Source: Marsupella aquatica
Taxonomy: Eukaryota > Plantae > Marchantiophyta
Assembly (NCBI GenBank): GCA_973895155.1
Contig: OZ316897.1
Location: 22,605,455 to 22,669,454, forward strand
Direction of reading: 5' to 3'
Length of the DNA: 64,000 bases
Shown: positions 46,609 to 61,119 of the stretch, piece after piece
Layout: every line of letters starts with the position of its first letter
How positions within the stretch are numbered: position 1 is the first letter of the stretch
Program-made: the position numbers and the translations under genes
Notes under the pieces: generated by a model
The model's input: the letters and a program-made list of their open reading frames with translations, nothing else
Told to the model about the DNA's origin: nothing
Database searches by the model: none

Positions 46609-46993
46609 TGGATCACTTATGAGATCCATTAACCAGCACTTTTCCTATTTGAGGTCCATCAAGCATATATTTCCAAGGTTGAACAATAGCTTTATGGGGG
46701 ACAAGCGAGTAAATATAGGGGTGTAAGAAGCAGCTGAACTAACCCATAAACTCACTGTTAGCAAATGGGCAGTACATGGGAATCGAACCCCTCCATGAGT
46801 CCAGACACTCATACTGCCAAGCATCTGGTACACAGCCAGGTACTTAGGTATATACGTCAGGAGGAGGTGGCCATTGATTAGGTACATTACTATGGGAGGA
46901 CAGTATATCGTGCAGATAGATAGGGCCACGACCTTGATGTAGACGAAATATCGAGGAGATTGTTTTCCGGAAGTGATTGTGTACACATTACAG

Positions 46994-48049
46994 ATCGAAA
47001 CAAAAGTCATTCCTGAAAAAACCTTTGCGCGAGGTGGACCGTATGGATTAATGCCGAGTGTGCTGGAGACTTCTTCCACTGCTCTCCACGTTGCAATTAT
47101 TCACAAGCAGGAGCGCATTGTGAAGTGCCTGCTAGATCCTAAAAATTATCTTTCCGTCGTTGATAGCTCGGATGGTGACCCAGCTATGGCTGCGAGGGGA
47201 CGATTTCAAGCCGACGCCATTTGCTTTCGCTGGCTCACTTGGCCAGACAGACCGGATGATGAAAAGTACTCCGTCCAAGGCAATGTGTCAGCACTGCAAT
47301 TATCCCTGTTGGTGGGAAATTTAACAAGCCGCAAACCATATGCAAGGTGTGTATATAGCTACCTCCATGACTTCGACTTCCAGTGCTTCTCTTACTCGAT
47401 TCTCTCGTACTGACATTCAACTTTGATCACTGCTTCTGGCTTACTAGCAAAGTGTAGTTTGAATTTTGGAGACAGTTTGGAATTGACCAGTCAATGGATG
47501 CTAAGTTCTCATCTCGATCAGCTTCTGTGGTCTTTAATTAACTCAAATGGATGACGTGAACAAGAGTGCATATGACATGAACATTTTAGAGTACAGCAGA
47601 GGGTAATGTCGTGGACGACGTTGTATGATACATGTCTTGAGTCTTGGGAACGTTGCCAAATGAAGAGTAGACATTTGTCGCGGACTTGCGATCACCCGGA
47701 CAACAGGTTCTACACATTCGAGTCTGTTATCCATAGTTACCTTGTCAGATGCATAATTGACTAGCTTTTTCTTATATCGCTTGATGCTTCTAAACTTGCC
47801 GTGGGTGGGACTGTTACACCAATTTACCAAGAGGACGAAAAGGAACAGCAAAAGAAAGAGAAAGAGCGTTTTGGTCGTCGGAAGGACTCTCCCCACAGTT
47901 TTCATTTGGCTGCAGCCACTGGAAACCCCGACGCGATCAAAGCTTTCCTCGATAATGGGCAAGGTCCCTTGATCAAAGATGAACACTTGAATACAGCTTT
48001 GCACCATGGAGTGCGGGGACACACTGGATTCTGCAAGCCAGTGGATTAG
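46994..48049 (+). pseudogene. Ankyrin-repeat gene fragment lacking a 5' end
   Basis: After acceptor TTACAG| (46993): IETKV...SSTALHVAIIHKQERIVKCLL...SALQLSLLVGN, with a possible donor at 47347. Then FHLAAATGNPDAIKAFLDNG...KDEHLNTALHHGV, with an in-frame stop upstream of this second block. Confidence 0.7.
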
Positions 48050-51000
48050 CAAATAAGCAGTGTTTTGTGAAGCTAATGAATTTGCAATACGGGGGTAAAA
48101 TGGTATAGTGATTGCTCTCGATGGGAATTTTAAGCAACCTCGTGACTGCAATTTGAAGTCGTCCCAGAAGAAAGCTTTCTAGGATGGCGAACCTTACCTT
48201 CTTCAAGTCCCTAGGGAAGAGGTAGAGTCCACAGACACCAGCAATCAATGGGGAAAGGACAGAAATTAGAAGTGCAAGCAAGAGGAGTTCCCGAAAGCAA
48301 GAAAAACATCGGAGAACACTTCTGCATATAAACTATCAGCCTACAATCGAAATATTTCCAAACAAACATGGTAATGAATGCCTGGTCCCTGAATTGACAG
48401 GTTGTTCTCCACAGAAACATTCAAGCAACTCAGCAAAGAAACACTGAACAGGCTACTAGTTGCGAAGTGATTGCTAAAGCGATTGCTAAGAGCTGGTCAA
48501 CATGCTCATTATTCTTGGTTGCACTTTAACAATTCACACAAATTGTGGCTAGGGTTCAAATGAGAGGAAAGCATGTTTCAGATGATAGGCACTGACGACT
48601 TCAATAGTTATGATTCTCAAATTTTGGCTCCAGAATTCTGCTTCCTGAAGATGATATCATTAAAATTGCTTTTTGCTTCATCCATTCTCTAGTGGATTTC
48701 TCGTCCTAAAGAGGTCACTCGCTTCATCTCTGTTAGTTTACTACTACTGGAACAATGTGTACGCAGGGAGCATTTCTGGCCATTGTGAGAAACTGGATTC
48801 TTGGAATGATGTTAATTTACAAATGAAAGATTGTGGGGCGTGTGATTTTGGGCAGTCCAACAGTGTACGTTTGGGTGCCCAAAACGTACACTTTCTTGAA
48901 TAATTTGAAGAACTTTTTAGTTAAGAAAACTGCAGATTTCAGCTCTAATTTTTGGAGTTTTGAACTAGTAACAGTTTTGATGAATAGAGAGATTCTGGTA
49001 AGCAGATACTCCATTTCCTAATGATTCCTAAACACACAACCAACAAGATATATGCACTTTAGGGATCGAAGTTGAGACTGCCGGGTATCAATTGTGAATA
49101 TATGATGCTCTGTTCCCACACTGAACACCATCACTAAAATCTCGACCAAATGTCACATAGAAAATTGCAAGAACAGAATAGAAAGCCATCATTGATTGAT
49201 AAAGCATTTGTCACAGGTAGGTTCAGATGTGAGCCCAAAAAATCTCCTGATCGGAGTAAACCTACAAAATCTGATTGTCCTATTAGAGCTAGAAACAACA
49301 CATGCAATTGAGAGAAGGAGGCCATTGTTATAAACAAGCAAATGATGCAAGATTGACCAGACGCCTAGGAAGCTGCAGTATAAAGAAGATCTCCATCATC
49401 AGTGACGCACATATATACTGCAAAAAAATTGATTCCCAGCAACATATAAGAAAGCCAAGCCAAGCCAAGGTGAAGATTTCACAAACAAGAGTGAAGTGCG
49501 CGGCTTGCAGACGGAGTCACAACACATTGAATGGATGACTATGCAAACCAATGAGAGGACCTGGCTGAGCCAACCAGACACCTAATTGACAATTAAATCA
49601 TTTACTAGGGATCCCTATTTGTATCGAACGCGCTTGACACTTTCAGGGGACTCTTTCCCATCATGGGGACGCTTTTGCTCCTTCTGGTGCTCAATAGGCT
49701 CAGTACCATTTTCACAAATCACCTAACTTGACGAGAAAACTACCTCCAGGTTGTGAACACTGCCCTTCTACCAATGTGGCAGAAAAAGTCTCAGACTTTG
49801 CGTATCATGCCTTTTGGCTTAGTTTGCCGCTTCCTGATTCTAAAGACCAAAATTGAGATTATTTAAGAGAGACCTCCCAGGGTTGCTGTAAGTCTAGGCC
49901 ACTCAAAGAATGATGTTAGTTTCCACAAAATGTCGTGCTAGAGGTATCAAGGAAGAATAGACCTCTATGATTCAACAGTAGTAAGAAAATCTCCCAAACG
50001 ATGGCAACAAGATCTGCATGTGTCCCGAAACCATTCAAATTCACAGCACCACCATTTCTTTTCCAATGTCGTCCTAGGATCTACACCACGTCTTGTAGGT
50101 CACAAGCACAGCGGGGTAGTGCTGATCATAAGCTTGGTCCTGATTCGGTCTCATTGCCATGGCTTGGCATGAGAGCTTTGCAAAATGTCTTTCCTTTGCG
50201 CAATTCAGAACTATTTTGAGAGCTTTGATACGTCGAGTCCCGCATATTCAGCAGTTCGTCCATGAACATACTTTAGTGAGTCCAAGTCCCCCGCCAAGAT
50301 AGCAATTTACGATTGATCGAAGCTCTAATCCCCATTTCGGTGTCTTTGTGTTGCTGATTTGTTTCCTTTATCTTGTTTGTCCGAAGGACTAGTGAATTAA
50401 TTGTGAGACAGCTAATGCTGAGAATGTGCATTGCCAACGTAGTAGACTGTCCGACCATGGTACGACCAGGAATAACAACAAGCCAGGTTTAACCTTCTCA
50501 AAGATACAATAACAATAGCTATCCCATAAACCTCCGATCCCGAATTATGACGATCCATAGCACTTAAAAGAGAGAAGGCTTAAGGAAAAGTCTAGACACA
50601 CAGAATTTGACTACCCAAGAAGCAGTAAAGAGAACAAGACCCTTTCACAGTTACTAAATAGAATATTGATGAAATTTTAGAAGAACGAGTTGTCTGTAAG
50701 CGGAATTGCGCTGCACACAGATCCTATGATCCAGATGGTTGATTGTTGGGAAACATCTTCGAGATTAGCGGTACTGGAGTTGCAATTTAATGAGATATCT
50801 CCGTACGAGCAGAATACGGCGAACTCACCTGTTCGAGGTGGCAAGATGGACAGGTTCATCCCATCGAGACAGCAGGTCATCTTTCAATGCAAACTACTGG
50901 CCGTCCATCTTCTTGTTGCGCAAACTTGTCGTTGTCTTGGTCTGCAAGGCATCCACGCATTGTCATTCTTTTTCTTGCTCACCGTTCGCCGTATAGTTTC

Positions 51001-52318
51001 TATCGATCATCGTCAAGCCTCCGTCTTCTTGCAACTGTCTCACATTACACATCCGAAGAACTTCAGCTTCTTCTCCACTCACTTCACCATTGCAAGCCAT
51101 CTGCATCTCCAACGTGTAACACAAATTTTACCGAGTTGCAGAACATCTGTGAGACCTTTCTCTTAACTGAGCCATTCCATCACTCAGCTCCTTTAATCTC
51201 ATCTGGATCGATCCAAGCGAGAGGCATCGATTTCATGTGCAATCCAAAGCAAGGACTCATAGCTAACAAATCCGACATATGTCCTCTTTTGTGAATGAAA
51301 ATCTTAAAGCTTCAGCAATCGTCGGACGACTGATTAATAATGAAAGGAATTCAAAACAGAATGGCTTACTCACAATGGCTTACTCACAAAAACATCAACA
51401 ACAACACCTAACTCACTACCGACGGAAAAAACGTAGATTCAGGGACAATTGCGAAAGAATGCACGTCGACGTTGTCGATGCTGTCTTCCCTATCGTGCAT
51501 ATACGATTAAGGCTTAGCACCAGACCAAAATATGGACTGCAGGACGCGGTTGGTCTTGCGAGATGATTACTCCGAGCCAGGCCGTAATTCCAATTATTGT
51601 TCTTATCCACAAGATTCAAAGCAAGAACCGTGCAATTCTGTCAACACTGAGATTTTTGGACGGCATCAATCTTAACATGTTTGTTCCCCGTGTCTTGAAC
51701 TTCGAACAATGATAGTCGTCTGTCCACGCTTGGAATTCCCATGATCACATACCGTCCTGAGTATCGATGGCTAGTGTAGTCTCTGGAAAACAGACATCTG
51801 CATGTGACGTTCAAGACACCACAGGGACCACAAATGATAAAATTGATGCCCTCCAAGTTGTCTTGGCCAGGTTGCGAGATCGAGCTCATGAAGCTATACT
51901 GTACAGAGTTCTGGCAGTTTTCTGTGTTGTGTACAACATAGGATTTGCGGAATGTCGTCGGCAGGGACAATTCGTGTCCATTCTATATACTGTGGAAACT
52001 GTAAGTACTAGTGCACAAGCAAGCGTACGCACGGGGGAGAGAAATTGAGTGCATACTTTTTCACTTTAGAGAACGCAACTACAGAGTAAATCCGAAGGGA
52101 GTGCGAGGGAGACGGGTGTTTCAACCAGTGCACGAATGCAACCGTACTTCCGATCGACTACGAATCACAACTTCTTGAATTAAAGCATGGCGCTACTGCC
52201 TTCGAATCGTAGTGATCACAATTGTAAAGTGGATAGGACCAACAAATTTGCCGCAGACTGGCTTGCTGAGTTGCAAGCCCTTGTCTAAACTGAACACTGA
52301 GTAGCGCTGTAACTTACC

Positions 52319-52463
52319 GTCTACAAGCTAGTTGAGCTGTTACTGTCTACAAGCTAGTTGAGCTGTTACTGTCTACAACAGGGGAATCCCAAGTTATCGT
52401 CAGTCGTCATCAGAACTTCTGACATTAGACTTTCAACAAGGGAATCTCAAGTTATCGTCAGTC
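52319..52463 (+). repeat. 26-bp perfect tandem plus adjacent about 30-bp duplication
   Basis: GTCTACAAGCTAGTTGAGCTGTTACT x2.3, then CAACA(G/A)GGGAATC(C/T)CAAGTTATCGTCAGTC x2. Confidence 0.85.
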
Positions 52464-53649
52464 CTGGTGCCTTGATACCTTCTGACAAAAGAGCGGCTCA
52501 GAGAACATTCATAAGAAACTGACTGAAACATAATTAATTCAGTGGACGGTTTGGGACACCGTTTCCGATTGAGTGGAGCGCGTGCCAGAGGCCATAGCCA
52601 AGGCCATAGCCAGAATTTCCAATCGTGGTGAGATACCACATTTAATTTCAAGCCTCGTTGAGGCCCGGGTTGAGATAGTGCAAATGAGGCATCTGCTGTC
52701 GGAAGGAGCGGATCTATCATCATCGGAAGATAGTGGGCACCGAGTATGAGATAGTATACACCCATGGTTTTGTTTCCTCTCTATTCCGACATGGAGCGCA
52801 TATATATGGGAGTTGTATCAATTCATTCACGTCATCCTAGTTCTGACTAATGTTCCTCTTAGAGCGTTTCTCGAACGCCGCCCTTCAACCTTGTCCAAGT
52901 GATGCCTAAATGTAGAACTTTACACAGATCGCACTGGTCTCGCTTCGTTCTAGACATTTCTTTCCTGTGTTGTGTGAACTTTCAAGTTAGTGGATAGTTT
53001 GCGCGCGCCTGGATCGGAGTTTTGCAAACAAGGTAATAATCTTGACCCAGACCAAACGAAGTCTGGAAAGCATTCCGTACTTGTTTGCCATATCAGCACT
53101 GACGAGGCATAGGAATGGCCCTCGGCTCAAGTTGTGCGTTAGCCTGGAATTCTTGCAGATCTTCACAATTTTCAGCGAGATCCTTGTGTCCACCACGATA
53201 GTTTCGTACAACTGAGAAGAAAGACTTGAATTGAAATACTCCAGTAACTAATACTCCTGTCCTCTAGTCTTCCTGGAGTGCGGAGTTTTGTCTGTGAAAC
53301 CAGAAGATAAAATTGAGTTAACCAGTTGAAGCGCTCCATATTTGAAAAGAACTTACAAGTCAGTCTCGATCTTACGAGGAGGTATTTCAACTGCAACTCC
53401 AGCTGACGAACTTGAGATCCGTAATTGCCCTGCCCGGATCCGTAATTGCCACCTATCGTTTTCCTCCGAAGTCTAGCTTTTGAACTCTATCACTGTAAAC
53501 TTCAATTAACCTACACGGAGCAGCCGACTACCGGTAGCTAACAGCAGCCGACATTCTTCCGTTTGATTGGAAAAAACAATCGGGACAACATGCAAGCAAG
53601 CGAAAATACAAGTGGGGCAACACGCAAGCAAGCAAGAAAAGTAGAAAAC

Positions 53650-56600
53650 AATTCTAGAAAGCTGACAGCGCAGACAAGCAGGTTTCCAGATTCCGTGCAT
53701 CGTGCAGAATTTCAAGCAGATCTCTAACCGGGTTTCTAGCTTGGATTGAAGCTGGACGGTCTAGCTGGACTGTCGCACAGCCGCAAGCAACCCGGTGATC
53801 GACCTCATCCCAAAAATGTCCTGCTACTTGCTTCTCCGCATTAAAAGATTTGGAGCCGGTGATCGACCTCGGATCGACCTGATCGAATACTACCGCTCGC
53901 CTCGAGCCGCAGACTGCAGACATCACTTGAAGCGCTCCAAGCAACTCTATCCTACTTGTCGGGAATGGATATTTCGAGTGGAGCTTCCTGTCACCTTTCG
54001 AGTGGAGAGTCCTGCCACCGAAGAAGACCATCATTGCGAAAACTGTTCCATCGTGAACTCTGAAAGTTCTGAAAGCTGCGACTCCAAAAAGTAGGGTTCT
54101 GTCGTGATCACGAGTGTTTTGAAGCTGTACCACACTCTTCTCACTACAGTAAAGGTTCAGGTAGAACTAGAGGCTAGAGCAGCTCAATGCCAACAAACTG
54201 AAATACACTTTACATGAGTATACAATGTAAAGTCAAGTCATGTTTAGAGGTTGAAATATAAGTATAAAAATTTAAATACTTATTTAAATGCTTTGTCACT
54301 AAAAATGTTCGAATTGGTAAGATTACCATAGTTTTTTTATTTAAAAATATATCATATTTTTTTATAAAAGATGACAAGTTAACCAAAGTGGAAATATAAG
54401 AGACCATGACCTACTAGTAAATACAATAAAATAATAGCCTGATTATAAATTAGAACAAATGTAGCTAAAATATGCATAGAATAAAATACTGGTTAAAGTG
54501 CATTATGGGATATAATGCTCCAGATCATTATAGTACTTAAAGGCATGAGAAGATTTTATTTAAAAGCAAAGGGAAATTCTCCTAAGGAGATGGTCCAGAT
54601 GTTGAAGGGGGCATTATGCTCCTAGAATGCCCTGAAAAATGCCAAGGGAAATTTCAGGAAGGGCATTACTAGTATACCAGCCTTATTGCAATCAACAAGA
54701 GCCTTCAGTACAAGGTTCAGATAAAACCTCGCTGAATGCCAACAAATTTAAATATATATACTTGTGGATGCAGAGCAATAAAAGGCCACCTATGTATACT
54801 TATCACATTGACAAAGGACACAATATATAGCAAACCATGAAAGAACAATAGTGCCATACAAGGAAACAATATCACAAGGCAAGAGATCCTTGAAAGGGGA
54901 GACAAAGGGGAAAGAACTATTAAAAAAACAGCCAAAAAACTAAGACACCACGTAATGATGACAAAAAGAACAAAAGGTCTTAATTAGACCAGGAAACACT
55001 ATATTGAGGCCAGAGACCCCAAAACGGGGAGAAAGCAATACAACTCTCAAAACAAAAGGCCCCAATTTGGACCCAGAATTCCAAAGGTCAGAGACTCACT
55101 AAAGGGGAAAAGACTCAGGATGACTACAAAGAGACAAAGAAGCATGAGAGTCTCCAACCATGGATGGCAAAAGAACTAATACTCTACTGGGCAACAAACT
55201 AAAAAGTTTTTCATTGCTCAAGAGTAAAATCACATGGGACACTGACAAAAAAGACTGAGTCGATTGGCCCTAAACCTAACTGCCTGAAGCCGACAAAGAA
55301 TAAGGAATGTCCAAGCCTGCAACATACAAGTAAACAAAATAACTACTGTTTGAGCCCTTTATAGTGCAACCTACAATTACTATCGAACAATGATAGTGAA
55401 AACATAAAGGCATAAACTGGGGGATAAGGCCTTTGCTCAAAGTAAACGGCAGGACATATATGTCTACAAGAAATCTTTAAAAATAGGATGAAAAGCTCCA
55501 AATCAACTGGGTAGAATAACCCCTTGGTAATGCAGAGCATGAGACGCCTTCTTAGACCACCACTGGCCACATAAAAGGAGGAGTGCTCAAATTTCTCCTT
55601 TTTCCCATTCCTCTCCTATACCGTGACTGAGGTTTTGCTCCTCAATTTCAGGAAAAAATAGGGCACCTAAACCGTAAACCCTCAAACCAAGGTTGCCTAA
55701 AAACACTTTACCCGGAACTACAGTACCTGTTTGGGTCACCTCCCAGGAGCTTCTTCTTTTTGTGTCCACCACTTTTCTTTTCTTTTGAGAATTTGCCTTT
55801 GACAGTACCCAGAACTAGAAAGAAGAGATTTGAGACACCCTAATAGGTTGATCTAAAACAATCACATACAACTAACCATCTCAGCCTGCCACCTGTTAGT
55901 CAAGGACCTTTCCCAGGGTGGGAGCACATGTGTTATTTTATCAGATAGAACCTGCTGCATGGCAACAACTAAAAATATGCTCATGCATGCCAATAAATTA
56001 AAGTATGCCCATGCATGCCAATAAATTAAACTACGGTTGTGCATGCCACCCCTACTGCAATCAACCGCGGCTGCCCTGCTCCTGCAGCTTGCAATAGAAT
56101 CTGATCTCGATAATTATGTCATATATGCAGCTACGTACGCTTTCAATTGTGATGATGGACCTGGCTACCGAAGCCTTGATCACTAACAGCCACATGTCAC
56201 ATTACCTCTTAAGTCTTAACTCTTGACGTCCGTCGCCGGCTGTTTGCAAACGTAATTCTCGTGATACAGATTCTGAAAACTGTAATATCTGTATCACAAG
56301 AGTTGAATTGGATGCACCTAGTTTCTTTCCTGCGTTCACGCTTCCATGTCCAGATACAACCGAACTGACAACAAACAAAAGCATTTGAAGTGTACAGCAG
56401 AAGATGCTCTCCGAAAAGCACTGCCAGGAGGTACTGGAGGTATCTAATCATCTCAACCTTAAATGTCAACGCCAATTGGCTCATTTTCGGTCGAATTCCC
56501 GCTTTTTACCAGGCAGATTCTTCGACGAGCTCAAGGTCTTTCACTGCCGGCTCTATTCGAAATTGGGCACACAGACAAGGACGCAACCCGAACTTGAGAG

Positions 56601-56700
56601 CACGTGCTGTCACCAACCGGACAGGGTTGACAGTGGTTTGCTGAGATTCGAATCCAGGGTCTGGACGCGATGTATATAAACAAGGTAAAGCTTAGACGAA
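53650..56700 (-). pseudogene. Possible decayed receptor-like kinase fragments (two islands, about 53650-54130 and 56200-56700)
   Basis: AVCGSRRAV...VDPRSITG..FNAE...DRP resembles RLK subdomains IX-XI. LVEESAW*KAGIRPKMSQL resembles subdomain XI. No catalytic HRD or DFG motif seen. Confidence 0.25.
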
Positions 56701-59700
56701 GGCGTCAGAAATGGCTGCATCGTTGGCCCCATGAAGATCCACACAAGTTCTCCGCTTTGCGCTCTCAGTGCTTTCTTCTTATTTTTGCCGTCGATATGTC
56801 GTCACAATCGCCAACCATTCCGCCCCCATAAGCTTAAGTTTTTCCACGTCGTGTGCGAAGCATCTGGAGCGCGCTGTCGACATTGTTCTCCACTTCATTT
56901 GAACATTACACCTCTAGTATCCAATAATAGTGCTTTGAAGAGATTTTGGCGAAATTTCCTTGGCAAACCGAAGCTTTCCTTCACTAACTTGCAAACCTCC
57001 CCCACATCAGAGCTATACACAAATGTAGAGAGTGAAACTCAGTGTAAGTGTAGTGCGTTAAGCTCATAATAGAGTATCTGGAAAACCTCTTGGGAGGGCT
57101 GTTAACTCCACCAAAACTGAGGTTGGGTTTACCAAAGCCTCCCTCCGAATGTGCTTTTGCCTGGAACATGTGTCAGTGTACACATTGAGCAGCATCAATT
57201 CCACCCTAGCCAAAGCATCCCAATTCTGTGTGCAATGTGGTGTTGGAGTGGGCCATAGCTCACAAGGGATAGAGAATTGGATACAGCAGTCATGACCTAC
57301 AGTAGGTGGGGACGCTTGAGCTGATCAGGAAAAACTTACGATAGAGTATTCATGGAATTGGCCCACTGGGGATGCGTCCATGCACGCATTTTAGCAGGAC
57401 ATCAATTAGAGAATAAGCTACAATGTGTAAAATTTGTAAGTAAGAGGGACCCTGTAAGTAAGAGGGGTATTTCTTACGATGGTTTCTACCTGACATTGTA
57501 GACATAAGGCCATTATAATGTCTTAAAAGATTGCCTTTGAGTAAGGGGAGTTGCATATAGTGGTGCTACCCCCGGTGCTACCTTGTTGGGCGATTACTCA
57601 GGTTACTTTGGGGTCTCAATAACTGCACATCAAAATATGGCATATACTATGTACGGCACCCGTGCATACAGTGATAATCCTAGTAAGAGGGACCCTGTAA
57701 GTAATGGGTATTTCTTACCATGGATTTGTACCAAATTGACACGGCCTCCCTTCATTTCAGTTTAGCAAACTTTGTGTATAGTATGTATCATGGCCAATCG
57801 AAAAACAAAGCCGAACCCTGACGGAATAGTTTTCCCAAAGTTAACAGCAGGTATAGCATCTGACAACTCTCAACTCACGGAGTATAATTATGTAAGTTAC
57901 TTTTTTTAAATGAACTTGTTTTCACTTGAGTTGTTTCTTTTATTATCAAAAAACCAAGTTATACTGCTATTTTTGAATTGAAGTTGGCAAGAGAAGTTTT
58001 TGGACCTAAACTGCTGGTGGGCTACTTTGGCTGTAACCCCTTTTTAAAACTTCAATAAAAATTACAGCAAGTTTAGGTACATAAGTTCAGGGAGATTTCT
58101 TACTCTTTGCTGGGCTTTGGTAGGTGTGTCACTGAACATAATGTAAAAGTGAATTAGTTTGAGGACCCCTTGGTTATGTAAGCTTTTTTTTATTAAACTA
58201 TTTGGAGCCTTAAAGAGTTGCACATTGGAATAGATAGATGAGACGCCAAAGATTGTATGGAGGATTCTAAATGAAGTGAATTTTAAAGGTAGTTAGGACA
58301 ATTTCATTGAAAACAAATAGGTGTACATTCATGGTGATACTGAGGGCAATTCTCCATGCAAAATGTTTCCCTAAGTAGTACCTCTATGTCTATAAAATAC
58401 ATGTAACATTCCATATAGTTCATGCAAAGAATTACTTTGTCCATAGAAGTTGAAGGTCTTAGAGTCCCTTGGTATTCCTGTACCCATAGTAGTTATGGTG
58501 TTTCTTACCTTTTCTTGTTACTCCTTTATCCATATTAACCAAATAATTTCTTAAGTTACCTTGGTAAATATTAGAGAGGTTGAGAAAACTCTTGGGTTTC
58601 TTATGCTACCTTGGTAAATGTTAGAGTAGTTGACAAAAGAGTTTCTTTCTACTTGTCATTGTTTCAAAAATATGTAAATTATTTAATAGAAAATTGAAAC
58701 AGATTACCAGAAAACATTGATATATCAATCACAACTCATCCAAAGATTAATTTTGATCTTTCACCCATAGTTTACCCTTTTCTTTGCAGGTTTCTTTCTT
58801 TAGTTTAAATGTTACTTTCTATTTTTCTATTGTTTTTACAGTTACAGGGTCTAGTTGTTTTTCTTTGCCTTGCCTCAAACACGAATAGTAAGATTTGGCT
58901 ATTCTTGTGCAACTAACAGTTCTTGTTTGTGACAAATCATGCTGATGTGACTACACATGCATCCAAGAATTTTGGAAACTTCCCATGAGGGTTTGTACAA
59001 CCCAACCTTTTTTAAATCTGAGTTATCGTGCCAGTCAGCCTTTGATTAGGTCAAACAACAATGGAGACCCCTGTCGAGTCTATACTGCAAGAGTTGCCAA
59101 CCCAGGGCAGAGTCTTGTTCTTCCCTCATCTATGTAGTTGCTTGAGCAATGGATCACACGTGATGAGAAACAAATAGTAAACCCAGGCAGAACATAGAAA
59201 TTTTGATGACATGGAGGACCATTCCACTCAGAGTTTCCATCTCCTCCGTCTCCACACATCTAGCTTCACTCCAAATTGATCTATCTTGTCACTCCATGCT
59301 TGACCTTTCTTCTCTCGCGACCCTAATCTCTCATTTACAGTTTTCAAAATCGCTATTGCAGCTAGTACAGTCGAACATAAGAATTTTGGGTGATATAGGG
59401 TAAAGTCACTCTTGGAAGGGTTTGTGTATTTCCAAAGTAACGCTGTACCCATTTGAACATGCATTTGATGTTGGGTTGGAATCTTAAACACCCTCAACCC
59501 ATGACTCACCTCACCCACCTTCTACCAGTTTACCTAGAACGCTATTGTAAATATTTTGATACTAGCGTCAGACTTAGTTCTATCTGGCTAGTTCTCTTTT
59601 GAATCTATGTGGTTGGTTTTCCTGGCCCCCGTTCCTCGCCATAGAGCACTCACTGTCTCAAATTTAGTTTTGTGAGTTTGCTACTACATATTTGCATTGT

Positions 59701-61119
59701 TGGGGACCCATCTCTTGACTACTCTTTAGGCAAGAAAGCTGGGAAGAAAGCAAGGCATGGGACATTACCATATCAGGAAAATTGTCCAAAGATAGACCCA
59801 ATTTCCTATGTACAAGCACCCGGCCCAGGTACACAACTCTTGTATAATAGGCATGGGTCTACATGTTTATATGGACTGAAACGTTGGGCTATAGAAGATA
59901 TTAAAATTTGAAAAAAACCTGGGTTTCCACTTTTTAAATCTTTCAAGTCATTTAATAGGCTTGGTTTTCTTCTTTTTCCATATGAATTTAAAAATTTTCC
60001 TAAACATGTTGTAAATTTTATTAAAAATAATAATAATTTTTAATAAAAATCCTAAAAAGCTGGCTACTGTAGTTTGGCTGTACACCCATGTGTTTAAAAA
60101 AGCTGCTATATAATTTGGGTTTGATCAACTTTATATACATCAAAACATGTTTGGTTTTTTTAAGTTACATTTTTGCATTTCTTGAGTTGAGAAGTACTGA
60201 AGACTTTAGTAGACTAAATGAAATCTAAGATGATCAATTGGATATAAGGTCATTATAAGGAATTAAAACTTGCCTTATAAAAAGGGGAGTTGCATACTTG
60301 GGGCACCGGGTCAACCTGATCCTATTGCTGCAAGGGAGATCCTCAATAGTGAGATTTGGATTGCATGTTATGGCACGTCAAGTGACAGTTGAGGCAATGC
60401 ATCTAAATCAGGTGCAGTACCTGGACCAGGGCTTCTTCTGGCTCAAACTCTGTTCAAATCCCTTGACTTGACACCTGTGCAACTAGCATTCTGCCTGGCC
60501 GTTCCATTGAAGTGAAATAAGCATTTTCTAAGTGTCAAGTAATTAGGGTGTAAATGGTGTTGGCAAACACCTTTGAGATGGGGTTTTGTGCAAACTAAAG
60601 CTAGATTCTGGCAAATGGGGTCCATGATTAGGTGTTGTGGTTGTCTGTAAATCTACAGTAGCCCTTGTCCTGAAATCTAGGGATATTTGACGGTCAGGAT
60701 ATAATCCAAGAAAAACTTATGAAGACTATTCCTAGCATCTCCTCCCTAAGTGGCTGACATTTTCCACCCTAGCTAAAAACAAAAAAAACCTTAAAAGAAT
60801 ACGCCGGTGCATATGGCAGGCTACCATGATAGAAGGCATTTGGATAATGAATTGTGAAGATGTATCCTGACTCTTCCACCTTCTGTGCGCTATTGGTAGC
60901 GAGCCATAATACACTATTCAAGGGGCATGGGGACCCACTGGATAACAATAAAACAAACTCCAAAATTAGGCTGTCATCATTACTATGGAATGCTTTTTAC
61001 CGTGCCATAACAAACTGTATTCAGTTGCATGACCGGATCGGCAGCAGTAAGTGAGTTTTCACAAGGTAGTCTTTCAACTTGACTCTCACAAGGGGACGTG
61101 GTTATTGTACCAACTTTGA

